Assembly (NCBI GenBank): GCA_051878915.1
Contig: JBJELA010000318.1
Span: forward strand, 1-34,032
From: Candidatus Weimeria sp.
GTDB taxonomy: Bacteria > Bacillota > Clostridia > Lachnospirales > Lachnospiraceae
DNA: 34,032 nucleotides
Direction of reading: 5' to 3'
This document shows, piece by piece, positions 17,523 through 27,084 of the stretch (positions are counted from its first letter, which is position 1; every line of letters begins with the position of its first letter). Position numbers and translations under genes: made by a program. The notes below the pieces were generated by a model that was not told where the DNA came from, did no database searches, and saw only the letters and a list, made by a program, of their open reading frames with translations.

Positions 17523-19286
17523 ATGGTGAATACGATGAAATTGAAAAAGAAGATAGTCCTGAACATTCCGTATATCATTTTCGGCCTTGTGGCTACAAAC
17601 CTTGGAGAGGCCTGGAGACTGGCAGACGGTTTCAATTCATCTGAAAAGGTAAGGAGCCTTGTTATAGATGGATGTATCAAAGAAGCATTCTCAAATCCGC
17701 TGCCCAGCTTCTTCCCGACAGATATTCTTGTGGGCGTTGTAGCTGCGCTGGCTTTGAGACTTGCTGTATATCTTAAAGGCAAGAATGCAAAGAAGTTCCG
17801 CCACAATGAGGAGTACGGCTCGGCCAGGTGGGGAACCCATGCGGATATTGAACCCTACGAAGATCCCAGCTTTAAGAACAACATCATCCTCTCACAGACA
17901 GAGAGGCTTACGATGAGTTCGAGACCAAGTAATCCCAAGTATGCAAGGAATAAGAATATGCTGGTTGTGGGCGGCTCAGGTTCAGGTAAGACAAGGTTCT
18001 GTATCAAGCCGAATCTGCTGCAGATGCACAGCTCATATGTGGTGACTGATCCAAAGGGAAGCGTAGTAAATGAATGCGGACATGCTCTTGAAAAGAATGG
18101 ATATGACATAAAAGTATTCAATACCATTAATTTCAGGAAGTCGATGCATTACAATCCATTTGCCTATATTCACAGTGAAAAGGATATATTAAAGCTCGTG
18201 ACCGCACTCATGGCTAATACAAAAGGTGAAGGTAGAGGCAATGATCCTTTTTGGGAGAAAGCCGAAACCCTGCTGTATACGGCGCTTATAGCTTATATTC
18301 ATTATGAAGCACCAACAGAGGAACAGAACTTCTCGACGCTTCTTGAGATGCTGAATTCGATGGAAGTCAGGGAAGAAGATGAGAACTTCAAGAATGCTGT
18401 GGATATGCTTTTTGACGAACTTGAAGCAGTAGAACCTGATCACTTTGCAGTGCGTCAGTACAAGAAGTATAAACTGGCTGCTGGAAAGACGGCGAAGACA
18501 ATCCTGGTATCGTGTGGCGCAAGACTTGCTCCATTCGATATTGCAGAGCTTCGTGAGATTACTTCTTATGATGAGTTGGAACTTGATATGCTTGGAGACA
18601 AGAAGACAGCATTATTTCTGATCATGTCGGATACAGATGCTACCTTCAATTTCCTTATTGCAATGATCTATTCTCAGATGTTTAACCTGCTCTGTGAAAA
18701 GGCAGATGATGTCTATGGTGGCAGATTACCTGTTCATGTGAGATGTCTTATAGACGAGTGCGCCAATATCGGCCAGATACCGAATCTGGAGAAGCTGATG
18801 GCAACCATCAGATCAAGAGAGATATCGGCCTGTCTTGTACTTCAGGCAAAATCACAGTTGAAGGCTATCTACAAGGATAATTCGGAAACCATCGTGGGCA
18901 ACTGCGATTCCCAGATCTTCCTGGGCGGCTCAGAAAAGACGACTCTAAAAGACCTGACGGAGATCCTTGGCAAAGAGACCATTGATACCTATAACACCGG
19001 AAATTCCAAAGGAATGCAGGAAAGTTTCAACACGAACTATCAGAAGCTGGGACATGAGCTTATGTCGATGGATCAGCTGTCGGTGATGGATGGCGGAAAG
19101 TGCATCGTACAGGTACGAGGAGTCAGACCATTTTTATCTGAAAAGTACGACCTGACACAGCATCCGAACTATAAGCTGACAGCAGATTACAGTAAAAAGA
19201 ACTGGTTCGATGTCGAGAGGTATCTGAAGAAGAAAAGCCAGGGGATGCCACTGAAAGCTGATGATGAGTTTGAGGTGGTAGGATAA
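17523..19286 (+). CDS. virD4: VirD4-like type IV coupling protein
   Basis: YGSARW, GGSGSGKT, TDPKG, YNPF, DECANIG, RSR motifs. Confidence 0.95.
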   Translation: MVNTMKLKKKIVLNIPYIIFGLVATNLGEAWRLADGFNSSEKVRSLVIDGCIKEAFSNPLPSFFPTDILVGVVAALALRLAVYLKGKNAKKFRHNEEYGSARWGTHADIEPYEDPSFKNNIILSQTERLTMSSRPSNPKYARNKNMLVVGGSGSGKTRFCIKPNLLQMHSSYVVTDPKGSVVNECGHALEKNGYDIKVFNTINFRKSMHYNPFAYIHSEKDILKLVTALMANTKGEGRGNDPFWEKAETLLYTALIAYIHYEAPTEEQNFSTLLEMLNSMEVREEDENFKNAVDMLFDELEAVEPDHFAVRQYKKYKLAAGKTAKTILVSCGARLAPFDIAELREITSYDELELDMLGDKKTALFLIMSDTDATFNFLIAMIYSQMFNLLCEKADDVYGGRLPVHVRCLIDECANIGQIPNLEKLMATIRSREISACLVLQAKSQLKAIYKDNSETIVGNCDSQIFLGGSEKTTLKDLTEILGKETIDTYNTGNSKGMQESFNTNYQKLGHELMSMDQLSVMDGGKCIVQVRGVRPFLSEKYDLTQHPNYKLTADYSKKNWFDVERYLKKKSQGMPLKADDEFEVVG

Positions 19287-19321
19287 CAGATGGCTACGGT
19301 AATGACAATATATGGTGAATG

Positions 19322-19353
19322 ATACGTCTGATGAAGATCAGGCGTATTTTTAT
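19322..19353 (+). terminator. Intrinsic terminator-like hairpin
   Basis: ATACGTCTGAT-GAAG-ATCAGGCGTAT followed by TTTT. Confidence 0.6.
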
Positions 19354-19378
19354 ACAAAAAATTCAGGAGGATGAGCAT

Positions 19379-20158
19379 ATGAGTGATGCAGCATTAGCAC
19401 CAGGCGATATCCCTGACTTCGTAAAAGAAGCAGAGGCGGCTATGGCCAATGGTGAGCAGATCATAGAAGAGATGAAAGAAGTTACTATCAAGTTTGCAAA
19501 GGGACTTGTCGGTGAACCATTCCTGTCGAAGAACGGCAAGGAGCTGGTAGAAGTCAAGATCCCGAATGCAGATCAGAATGACAAGACACCGTGGGCTTCA
19601 TTCGTGATCTCGCCAAAGATGATACATGACAATAAGTTCAGTAAGACTGGCAAGGGCGTATGGATGAAGCTGCCGGAGGATGGCACAACTGTGGTCAAGA
19701 AGCCGATATGTATCGGAACCAATCCGGAAGGCAAGAGGATCTGGCATAACGACATGAAGACAGTTACCAATACTGAACTGAAGGAAATGGTCGAGGTCTA
19801 TAAGACCAGGAATCAGGATTACAGACCAAAAGAACAGACACAGGATAAGGCGGATGGAGGATTTGTCCCGGTTGGCGGAGACAGTCCGTTTATAGACAGT
19901 GATACTCCGTTCACACCGCCGAAGGGTGATGACAGCCCTTTTGTTCCGGCGACTCCTGAGGATGGTAATCCATTTATCGAAGCAGAGCAGGCGGATAAGA
20001 AGCCTGCAAAAACAGATGCAGTAAAGGATAGTCAGGAGTCGGATAAGAAGACAGAGAAGAAATCGCTGATGAAGGATCTGGATAAAAAGAAGGCAGAGGC
20101 GGCGAAGCAGCCTAAGAAGGCAAAGGCAAATTCTAAGACCACAGAGCTTTCAAAGTAA
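19379..20158 (+). CDS. Hypothetical ICE protein with DxPF repeats
   Basis: AGGAGG RBS before ATG 19379; beta-rich N-terminal half, acidic PF repeats, basic tail. Confidence 0.75.
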   Translation: MSDAALAPGDIPDFVKEAEAAMANGEQIIEEMKEVTIKFAKGLVGEPFLSKNGKELVEVKIPNADQNDKTPWASFVISPKMIHDNKFSKTGKGVWMKLPEDGTTVVKKPICIGTNPEGKRIWHNDMKTVTNTELKEMVEVYKTRNQDYRPKEQTQDKADGGFVPVGGDSPFIDSDTPFTPPKGDDSPFVPATPEDGNPFIEAEQADKKPAKTDAVKDSQESDKKTEKKSLMKDLDKKKAEAAKQPKKAKANSKTTELSK

Positions 20159-20370
20159 GGGGTATCGGTAAGTGAGAAGAGAAGATATCAGGGCTCCCAC
20201 TTGAGAAGTGGGTGGAAATAATAAGGAAACTGATAATATCATAAAGAGTATTTAGTACAAAGAAAGGATATAGCATATGTTGCTGCGTATATGTTGAAAT
20301 AGCATAGCAGAAGGAGACTCTTTATGATCTGGTAAAAATTAACAAAACATATGTTTAAGGGATACTATTT

Positions 20371-20583
20371 ATGGCTTTTTTTAATAGTGCAGTTACAACG
20401 TTACAGACCCTCGTGATTGCCCTTGGAGCGGGGCTTGGAGTATGGGGCGCCGTCAATCTTATGGAAGGGTACGGGAATGACAATCCTGGAGCTAAATCAC
20501 AGGGGATGAAGCAGTTAATGGCAGGTGGTGGAGTGGCCCTTATCGGCACAACTCTTATACCATTACTGTCCGGCTTATTCTGA
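20371..20583 (+). CDS. Maff2 family small membrane protein
   Basis: MAFFNSAV..LGAGLGVWG..NLMEGYGNDNPGAKSQGMKQLMAGGG. Confidence 0.92.
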   Translation: MAFFNSAVTTLQTLVIALGAGLGVWGAVNLMEGYGNDNPGAKSQGMKQLMAGGGVALIGTTLIPLLSGLF

Positions 20584-20690
20584 TTTAGATATACGTTTAT
20601 GAAATACTGATTGTTACAGCATATCAGGCGCTTGTCAACAGAAAATCGGAAATTCGTAAGGCTTTTTGCGGATAAGATTATAACTGAATA

Positions 20691-20728
20691 TCGGGAGGCC
20701 GGCAGGATGACCGGCCTCCGACTTTTTT
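20691..20728 (+). terminator. Intrinsic terminator
   Basis: GGAGGCCGG-CAGGATGA-CCGGCCTCC-GAC followed by T6. Confidence 0.75.
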
Positions 20729-20754
20729 ACAAGACAATTCTGTTCATATTGCAG

Positions 20755-20862
20755 GCTGGCGATGTGGCAGAGGGAACACACACATCTGTATCATTTCTGA
20801 TCCAATTCTTCATGCACTCCTTTCCCTACATATCCATGTGTTCCTTCTGTCATGTTGCCAGC
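20755..20862 (+). ncRNA. Putative structured RNA element upstream of virB6
   Basis: 26-bp stem (20755-20780 with 20837-20862) with five G-U pairs and no mismatches, enclosing a pyrimidine-rich loop. Confidence 0.5.
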
Positions 20863-20893
20863 GGTGGACAACAGACGAAGGAAGGAGGAAAAA

Positions 20894-21760
20894 TTGCAGA
20901 GTCTTTTAGACAAGCTGACCGAATGGTTCAAGAACATGCTGATAGACGGCATCATGGGAAATCTGACCGGTATCTTTACGGATATGAATGAGAAGATCGG
21001 AGATATTGCAGGTCAGGTCGGGATGTCACCGGCCGACTTTGAACCCGGCATTTTCTCAATGATTCAGAACATCTCAGAGAACGTCATAATGCCGATTGCA
21101 GGGATTATCCTGACATTCATTGCGTGTTACGAATTGATCCAGCTTGTGATAGCACATAACAACCTGGCAAACTTTGAGACCTGGATTTTCTACAAGTGGG
21201 TGTTCAAGACATTTGTAGCTGTCACCCTTATCACGAATACAACGAATATCACGATGGCAGTCTTTGATGTGGCGGGGCACGTAATAAACCAGAGTGGTGG
21301 AATAATCTCGAATGGCACCGCTGTTTCAGCAGATCAGATTGATTCATTGCGGACTACTCTCGAAGCAACTGACCTGGGACCGTTGATAGGTATATTCGTT
21401 CAGTCATTGATACTGCCATTGTTTTTTAAGATTATAACGATAATCATATTCGTAATCGTATATGCGAGGATGATTGAGATCTATCTGATGGTGAGCATGG
21501 CTCCGATTCCGTTTGCCACATTCGGCAATAAAGAAGAGAGCATGATGGGGAAGAACTATCTGAGATCACTATTCGCACTCGGATTCCAGGGATTCCTCAT
21601 TATGATATGCGTAGGTATTTATGCAGTCCTCATTCAGAACATTGCATTCACGGATGACGTGATGGGGGCTATCTGGAAGTGCTTCGGGTATGCGATACTG
21701 CTGGCGATTACACTTTTCAAGACAGGTTCTATAAGCCGCAGCGTATTACATGCTCATTAA
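20894..21760 (+). CDS. VirB6-like conjugal transfer membrane protein
   Basis: GGAGG RBS before TTG 20894; RMIEIYL..APIPFAT, NYLRSLFALGFQG motifs. Confidence 0.88.
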   Translation: MQSLLDKLTEWFKNMLIDGIMGNLTGIFTDMNEKIGDIAGQVGMSPADFEPGIFSMIQNISENVIMPIAGIILTFIACYELIQLVIAHNNLANFETWIFYKWVFKTFVAVTLITNTTNITMAVFDVAGHVINQSGGIISNGTAVSADQIDSLRTTLEATDLGPLIGIFVQSLILPLFFKIITIIIFVIVYARMIEIYLMVSMAPIPFATFGNKEESMMGKNYLRSLFALGFQGFLIMICVGIYAVLIQNIAFTDDVMGAIWKCFGYAILLAITLFKTGSISRSVLHAH

Positions 21761-21792
21761 ATAACTAAAACATATAGATGATAGGAGACAAA

Positions 21793-22185
21793 ATGGCAAG
21801 TTATATTTCAGTACCTCGTGATCTCACGAAGGTAAAGAGTAAGGTGGTTCTGAATCTCACGAAGAGACAGGTCATCTGCTTTTCGATAGCGGCAGCAATA
21901 GGTGTTCCGACGTTTTTCCTGCTGAAGCATTTCACGAGTGTGAGCTCTGCTTCAATGGGGATGATCATGATAATGCTTCCTATGTTCTTTTTCGGGATGT
22001 ACGAGAAGAATGGAGAGCCGCTTGAAGTGATCCTGTATCATTTCATTCAGGCGAATCTGATTCGGCCGAAGAAGCGGATATATGAGACACGGAACTACTA
22101 TGAGCTGCTGCACCGGCAGGCCGTGGCGGAAGAGGAGATTGAGAAGATACTACGAAAATACAGAAAGAAGGAGACCAAACGATAA
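21793..22185 (+). CDS. PrgI family protein
   Basis: VPRDLTKVKSKV.LNLTKRQ, two hydrophobic segments, YEKNGEPLE. Confidence 0.9.
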   Translation: MASYISVPRDLTKVKSKVVLNLTKRQVICFSIAAAIGVPTFFLLKHFTSVSSASMGMIMIMLPMFFFGMYEKNGEPLEVILYHFIQANLIRPKKRIYETRNYYELLHRQAVAEEEIEKILRKYRKKETKR

Positions 22186-24629
22186 TGGCTGATTTATTTG
22201 AGAAGCTGAGAGGCAAGCCAAAGCGAAAGCTGAAAATACCGGCGTACCTTTCAGCAGAGGATAAAAAGAAGGTCGCAGAGATCATAAAGAATGCGGAAAA
22301 GCATGATGATGTGCCACACTCAACGCAGGACAGTATTCCATTTGACAGGATGTTTCAGGATGGTATCTGCAGAGTCGGGAATGACTATTACACAAAGACT
22401 ATACAGTTCCAGGACATCAACTATCAGCTGGCACAACAGGAAGACCAGACGGAGATCTTTGAGGAGTGGTGCTCATTTCTGAACTTCTTCGACAGCTCGG
22501 TGAACTTCGAGCTTTCATTCATGAACATGACCACAGATGCGGAGAAGTTTGAGAAGTCAATCGCAATCCCACATCAGAATGATTCATTCAATAGTATCCG
22601 TGACGAGTACACGGGAATGCTCCGCAGGCAGATGGAAGCAGGAAATAATGGCCTCACGAAGACCAAGTATCTGACATTCGGCATTCATGCAGAGTCTATG
22701 AAGACAGCAAAGCCAAGGCTTACGCATATCGAAGTGAGCATTCTCAATAACTTCAAGCGAATGGGCATTGTTGCATATACTCTTGACGGTAAGCAGAGGC
22801 TTGAAGTGATGCATGAGATGCTTCATATCGGTGATGATGCCAGGTTCAATTTCGACTGGAAGTATCTGCCGCAGTCAGGACTTTCGGTGAAAGATTTCAT
22901 AGCTCCGTCAAGCCTGTATTTCCAGACAGGAAGAGTATTTCAGATGGGAGGCACTTATGGAACTATGAGTTTTCTGCAGATCACGGCATCTGATATCAGT
23001 GACAGGATGCTTGCGGATTTCCTCTCGATGGAGTCCAGTCAGGTGGTTACAATGCATATCCAGTCTGTAGACCAGACAGAGGCCATAAAGACTGTAAAGC
23101 ACACTATCACAGAGCTTGACAGATCAAAGATTGAGGAGCAGAAAAAGGCTGTAAGAAGCGGATATGATATGGACATTATTCCTTCAGATCTGGCCACCTA
23201 TGGTAAGGATGCAAAGGCTCTTCTGAAGGAGTTACAGTCACAGAACGAGCGAATGTTTCTGCTGACGTTCCTGATCCTTAATACTGGGAAGACAAAACAG
23301 GAGCTTGAGAATAACTTCTTTCAGGCGAACAGCATAGCACAGAAGCATAACTGTAACCTGACAAGGCTTGATTTCCAGCAGGAGCAGGGACTTATGAGTT
23401 CACTGCCGCTTGCAGAGAATCTGGTGAATATCAGACGCGGGATGACAACGAGTAGTACAGCAATATTTGTTCCATTCACAACTCAGGAGCTATTTCAGGG
23501 TGAGAGAGGAGCATTGTATTATGGTCTCAATGCTCTGTCGAATAATTTGATCATGGTAGACAGGAAGCTCCTTAAAAATCCGAACGGACTTATCCTTGGA
23601 ACTCCTGGTTCAGGTAAATCATTCGCGGCAAAGCGTGAGATTGCAAATGCATTCCTCGTGACAGATGATGACATCATCATTTCAGATCCGGAGGCAGAGT
23701 ATGCACCTCTTGTTGAAAGATTCAGAGGACAGGTGATAAAGATTGCTCCTACATCTGATCAGTATATCAATCCGATGGATATCAACATGAATTACTCTGA
23801 TGATGACAACCCGATTGCTCTGAAAGCAGATTTCATACTTTCACTCTGTGAGCTGATTGTTGGAGGCAAGGATGGTCTGAAACCTATTGAGAAGACTATC
23901 ATTGACCGATGCATTCATCAGATCTATAACAGATACTTCGAGGATCCGGGCAAAGAAAATATGCCGATACTTCAGGATCTGTATGAGGCACTTCTGAATC
24001 AGGATGAGCCTGAGGCAAGGGATGTGGCTACTGCACTTGAAATATATGTCACCGGTTCACTCAATGTATTCAATCATCGTACCAATGTAGATATCAATAA
24101 CAGACTTGTCTGCTACGATATCAAAGACCTTGGTAAGCAGCTTAAAAAGATCGGCATGCTTATTGTTCAGGATCAGGTGTGGGGACGTGTGACTGAGAAC
24201 AGAAGCGAAGGAAAGTCTACTCGATACTACATGGATGAGATGCACTTGCTTTTAAGAGAAGAGCAGACAGCAGCCTATACGGTAGAGATCTGGAAGAGAT
24301 TCCGTAAATGGGGCGGCATACCGACCGGCCTCACGCAGAACGTCAAAGACCTTCTGGCCTCTAAGGAAGTAGAGAATATCTTTGAGAATTCGGACTTCAT
24401 ATATATGCTGAATCAGGCGGTAGGCGACAGGACGATCCTTGCAAAGCAGCTCAATATCAGTCCGCATCAGTTATCATACGTCACGCATTCAGGTGAAGGC
24501 GAAGGTCTGATGTTCTATGGAAACGTGATACTTCCATTCGTTGACAGGTTCCCGAAAGATACAGAATTATACCGCCTGATCACTACCAAGCAACTTGAGG
24601 GATTCGGCAAGGCAGAGGATGTATCATGA
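22185..24629 (+). CDS. virB4: VirB4-like conjugal ATPase
   Basis: NGLILGTPGSGKSF, DPEAEY, INPMD, DEMH, RFRKWGG..TGLTQN motifs. Confidence 0.95.
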   Translation: MADLFEKLRGKPKRKLKIPAYLSAEDKKKVAEIIKNAEKHDDVPHSTQDSIPFDRMFQDGICRVGNDYYTKTIQFQDINYQLAQQEDQTEIFEEWCSFLNFFDSSVNFELSFMNMTTDAEKFEKSIAIPHQNDSFNSIRDEYTGMLRRQMEAGNNGLTKTKYLTFGIHAESMKTAKPRLTHIEVSILNNFKRMGIVAYTLDGKQRLEVMHEMLHIGDDARFNFDWKYLPQSGLSVKDFIAPSSLYFQTGRVFQMGGTYGTMSFLQITASDISDRMLADFLSMESSQVVTMHIQSVDQTEAIKTVKHTITELDRSKIEEQKKAVRSGYDMDIIPSDLATYGKDAKALLKELQSQNERMFLLTFLILNTGKTKQELENNFFQANSIAQKHNCNLTRLDFQQEQGLMSSLPLAENLVNIRRGMTTSSTAIFVPFTTQELFQGERGALYYGLNALSNNLIMVDRKLLKNPNGLILGTPGSGKSFAAKREIANAFLVTDDDIIISDPEAEYAPLVERFRGQVIKIAPTSDQYINPMDINMNYSDDDNPIALKADFILSLCELIVGGKDGLKPIEKTIIDRCIHQIYNRYFEDPGKENMPILQDLYEALLNQDEPEARDVATALEIYVTGSLNVFNHRTNVDINNRLVCYDIKDLGKQLKKIGMLIVQDQVWGRVTENRSEGKSTRYYMDEMHLLLREEQTAAYTVEIWKRFRKWGGIPTGLTQNVKDLLASKEVENIFENSDFIYMLNQAVGDRTILAKQLNISPHQLSYVTHSGEGEGLMFYGNVILPFVDRFPKDTELYRLITTKQLEGFGKAEDVS

Positions 24630-26596
24630 AACAGCAGAAAATCAGCCGCAGACAGACACGGATGCGGGATGAACCTAATGGTATATCTAAAGTGAGCGAT
24701 GGCTCATCAAAGCAGAGCCAGATGTATCATCGTCAGAAGATCAGAGAAGACGCTGCACCAAAAAATACCGATGATGCAAATGCGGATCAGATTCCGACGT
24801 ATCACAGACAACCAGGAAGAACATTAGTCAGATCAGAAGACAGAGATACAGACGATAGAGAAAGGCAGATTTCCGTAAGGAGACCTGCCTTTTCTGATAC
24901 AGGAGATGTGCGGTCAGATGATCATGCTGGTGAGAAGATGAACCGTTGGAGCAGATTTCATGACAGGGATTGTCTGGAGTCATCATCAACTGCAAGTAAA
25001 AATAAGAAGCGGAAGAAACACTCATCACTGCGACATGATGTCAGGGATAGTGAGCCGGAGCCTTTACGGATCAGTGACAAACTGAAAAATGAGAGCTCGG
25101 CGAAGAAAGCTGCAGGCAGGAAGCTGAGGCGAGGTAAGGCTGATAATTCTGTTAATACTAAGCAGATGCACAGGCACCTGCAGAGTCAGAGTATAGCAAG
25201 ACGCATGGTTCATGAGCAGCTGGATGACAGTGATGAATACAGTAATGATGAGACCAGCAGACAGACATTTGATGATGGCGCTCATTCAGCTCAGGTAGTT
25301 GCAGAAGGTATCAGAGACCGTGCCAGAAAGAACCGCTATAAGCGTAAAAAGAATGCTTATTCGGAGAAGATCAGGAAGTCAAAGCGTTCCGATGACGGAG
25401 TGTCAGAGGCTTATAAGGCAAAGAAAAAGGCCCAGAGAAAATACTATCAGCATGAAGCACAGAAGAATACTGAGAAAGCAGGACGCAAGGCCGGACAGGA
25501 GACAGCAAAGGCTGTAAAGAAGGCCGCAGAGGTAGTAAAGCATACAGTCCAGTCAGCTGTTAAGGTGGTAGCTGAGAATCCGATAGTTCTTTTCTTTCTT
25601 CTGATGATGTTGCTGGTAGCTATATTAGCAGATGTTGTCACGACAGTCTCTTTCACTCTGACAGGTGGAACCATTGATATCTCAACAGCCGCTACATTTA
25701 CGGCAGAGGATGATGACATACTGCAGGTCGAGGCTGATTACAAAGGCAAGGAAGAAGAACTCCGGAAGAAGATTGATAACATTGAGACCGATTATCCTGG
25801 ATACGATGAGTACAGGTACAATCTGGCTGAGATCAATCACAATCCTTATCAACTAGCAGCTTTGCTTACTGTATTGTATGAGGACTATACGCCTGAGGAA
25901 GTATCAGCAAAGCTGCAGGATATTTTTGATAAACAGTACAAGCTGACACTCACGCCATCGACTGAGACCAGGACAAGGATCAATGACGATGGTGAAGAGG
26001 AAGAGTACGAGGTGAAGATTCTCACGGTCACTCTTGAGAATAATACGATGCAGGCGGCAGTTGATGCGGAGGGACTCGATGAAGATCAGAAAGCCAGATA
26101 TGACCTGCTGATGGAGACACTTGGAAACAAGTCTTACCTGTTCGGGGATGACCAGTATTCAAACCCGATGCCTGGAGAGTATCAGGACTATCAGGTACCA
26201 ACTGAAGCTCTTACGGATGAGAAGTTCGGGAAAATGCTCCATGAGGCAGAGAAGTATCTCGGATATCCGTATGTGTGGGGCGGCAGCAACCCATCGACTA
26301 GCTTTGACTGTTCTGGATTCGTGTGCTGGGTAATTAACCATTCAGGCAACGGCTGGAATGTCGGACGAACCACAGCCAATGGTCTAAGAAGTCATACCAC
26401 AAAGGTATCTCCGAGTGAGGCAAAACCGGGAGACCTGATATTTTTCCAGGGAACATACAACACGCCGGGAGCCAGTCATGTCGGTATATATGTGGGAGAT
26501 GGCAAAATGATCCACTGCGGAAACCCTATCCAGTATGCATCAGTCAACAGTAATTACTGGAGAGCTCATTTCCTTGAGTACGGGCGCATCCGCTGA
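24626..26596 (+). CDS. NlpC/P60 cell-wall hydrolase of the conjugation module
   Basis: Charged N-terminus, one TM segment, C-terminal YVWGG..FDCSGF..PGDLIFF..HVGIY. Confidence 0.92.
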   Translation: MKQQKISRRQTRMRDEPNGISKVSDGSSKQSQMYHRQKIREDAAPKNTDDANADQIPTYHRQPGRTLVRSEDRDTDDRERQISVRRPAFSDTGDVRSDDHAGEKMNRWSRFHDRDCLESSSTASKNKKRKKHSSLRHDVRDSEPEPLRISDKLKNESSAKKAAGRKLRRGKADNSVNTKQMHRHLQSQSIARRMVHEQLDDSDEYSNDETSRQTFDDGAHSAQVVAEGIRDRARKNRYKRKKNAYSEKIRKSKRSDDGVSEAYKAKKKAQRKYYQHEAQKNTEKAGRKAGQETAKAVKKAAEVVKHTVQSAVKVVAENPIVLFFLLMMLLVAILADVVTTVSFTLTGGTIDISTAATFTAEDDDILQVEADYKGKEEELRKKIDNIETDYPGYDEYRYNLAEINHNPYQLAALLTVLYEDYTPEEVSAKLQDIFDKQYKLTLTPSTETRTRINDDGEEEEYEVKILTVTLENNTMQAAVDAEGLDEDQKARYDLLMETLGNKSYLFGDDQYSNPMPGEYQDYQVPTEALTDEKFGKMLHEAEKYLGYPYVWGGSNPSTSFDCSGFVCWVINHSGNGWNVGRTTANGLRSHTTKVSPSEAKPGDLIFFQGTYNTPGASHVGIYVGDGKMIHCGNPIQYASVNSNYWRAHFLEYGRIR

Positions 26597-26739
26597 ATAA
26601 AATTTGGATGGCCACGTGATTGAAATTTCATTTGTCATGTGACTGAATTTTCAATGAGACAACAGAATAGATTCCGAATACATACATCATAGAATGATAT
26701 CAGAAAGCGATAACGGAAATACACAGCGAGGACAAAGAA

Positions 26740-27084
26740 ATGATGAATTTGAAGAAGCTGGAGCGGCTTGAAGATGCCGTGGCCAGGCACAGAAAGAAGA
26801 TAGAGGAAGAGACCATAGCTCTTGAAGAGTCTGAGAAGGCTCTGAAGGAAGCAAGGGCGGAAGAGCTGCTTGCAGAGCTTGACAGATACAAGTCATCACC
26901 GAAGGTAGTGCAGGAGATGCTTATCGCAAAATATGGTGAGCTTGCAGAGGACACAAAGAAAAAGACTCCGGCAAAGAAAAAGGAACCAAAGGAGTCGGGA
27001 GAGAGTAAGGATTCAGGACTCAATTCTGAACAGAAGAAAACTATAGAGACCAACACTAATAATGGAGGATTTTTCAGATCATGA
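26740..27084 (+). CDS. Coiled-coil protein (DUF4315-like)
   Basis: Heptad-rich charged ORF in the typical position after the hydrolase. Confidence 0.6.
   Translation: MMNLKKLERLEDAVARHRKKIEEETIALEESEKALKEARAEELLAELDRYKSSPKVVQEMLIAKYGELAEDTKKKTPAKKKEPKESGESKDSGLNSEQKKTIETNTNNGGFFRS

Noticed and set aside
20191-20216. IS200/IS605-like end hairpin CCCACTT-GAG-AAGTGGG
   Set aside because: A single 7-bp stem with no transposase or partner end is too little support.
20611-20991. 126-aa ORF between maff2 and virB6
   Set aside because: TTG start without RBS; it spans a terminator and the RNA stem and overlaps virB6 out of frame.
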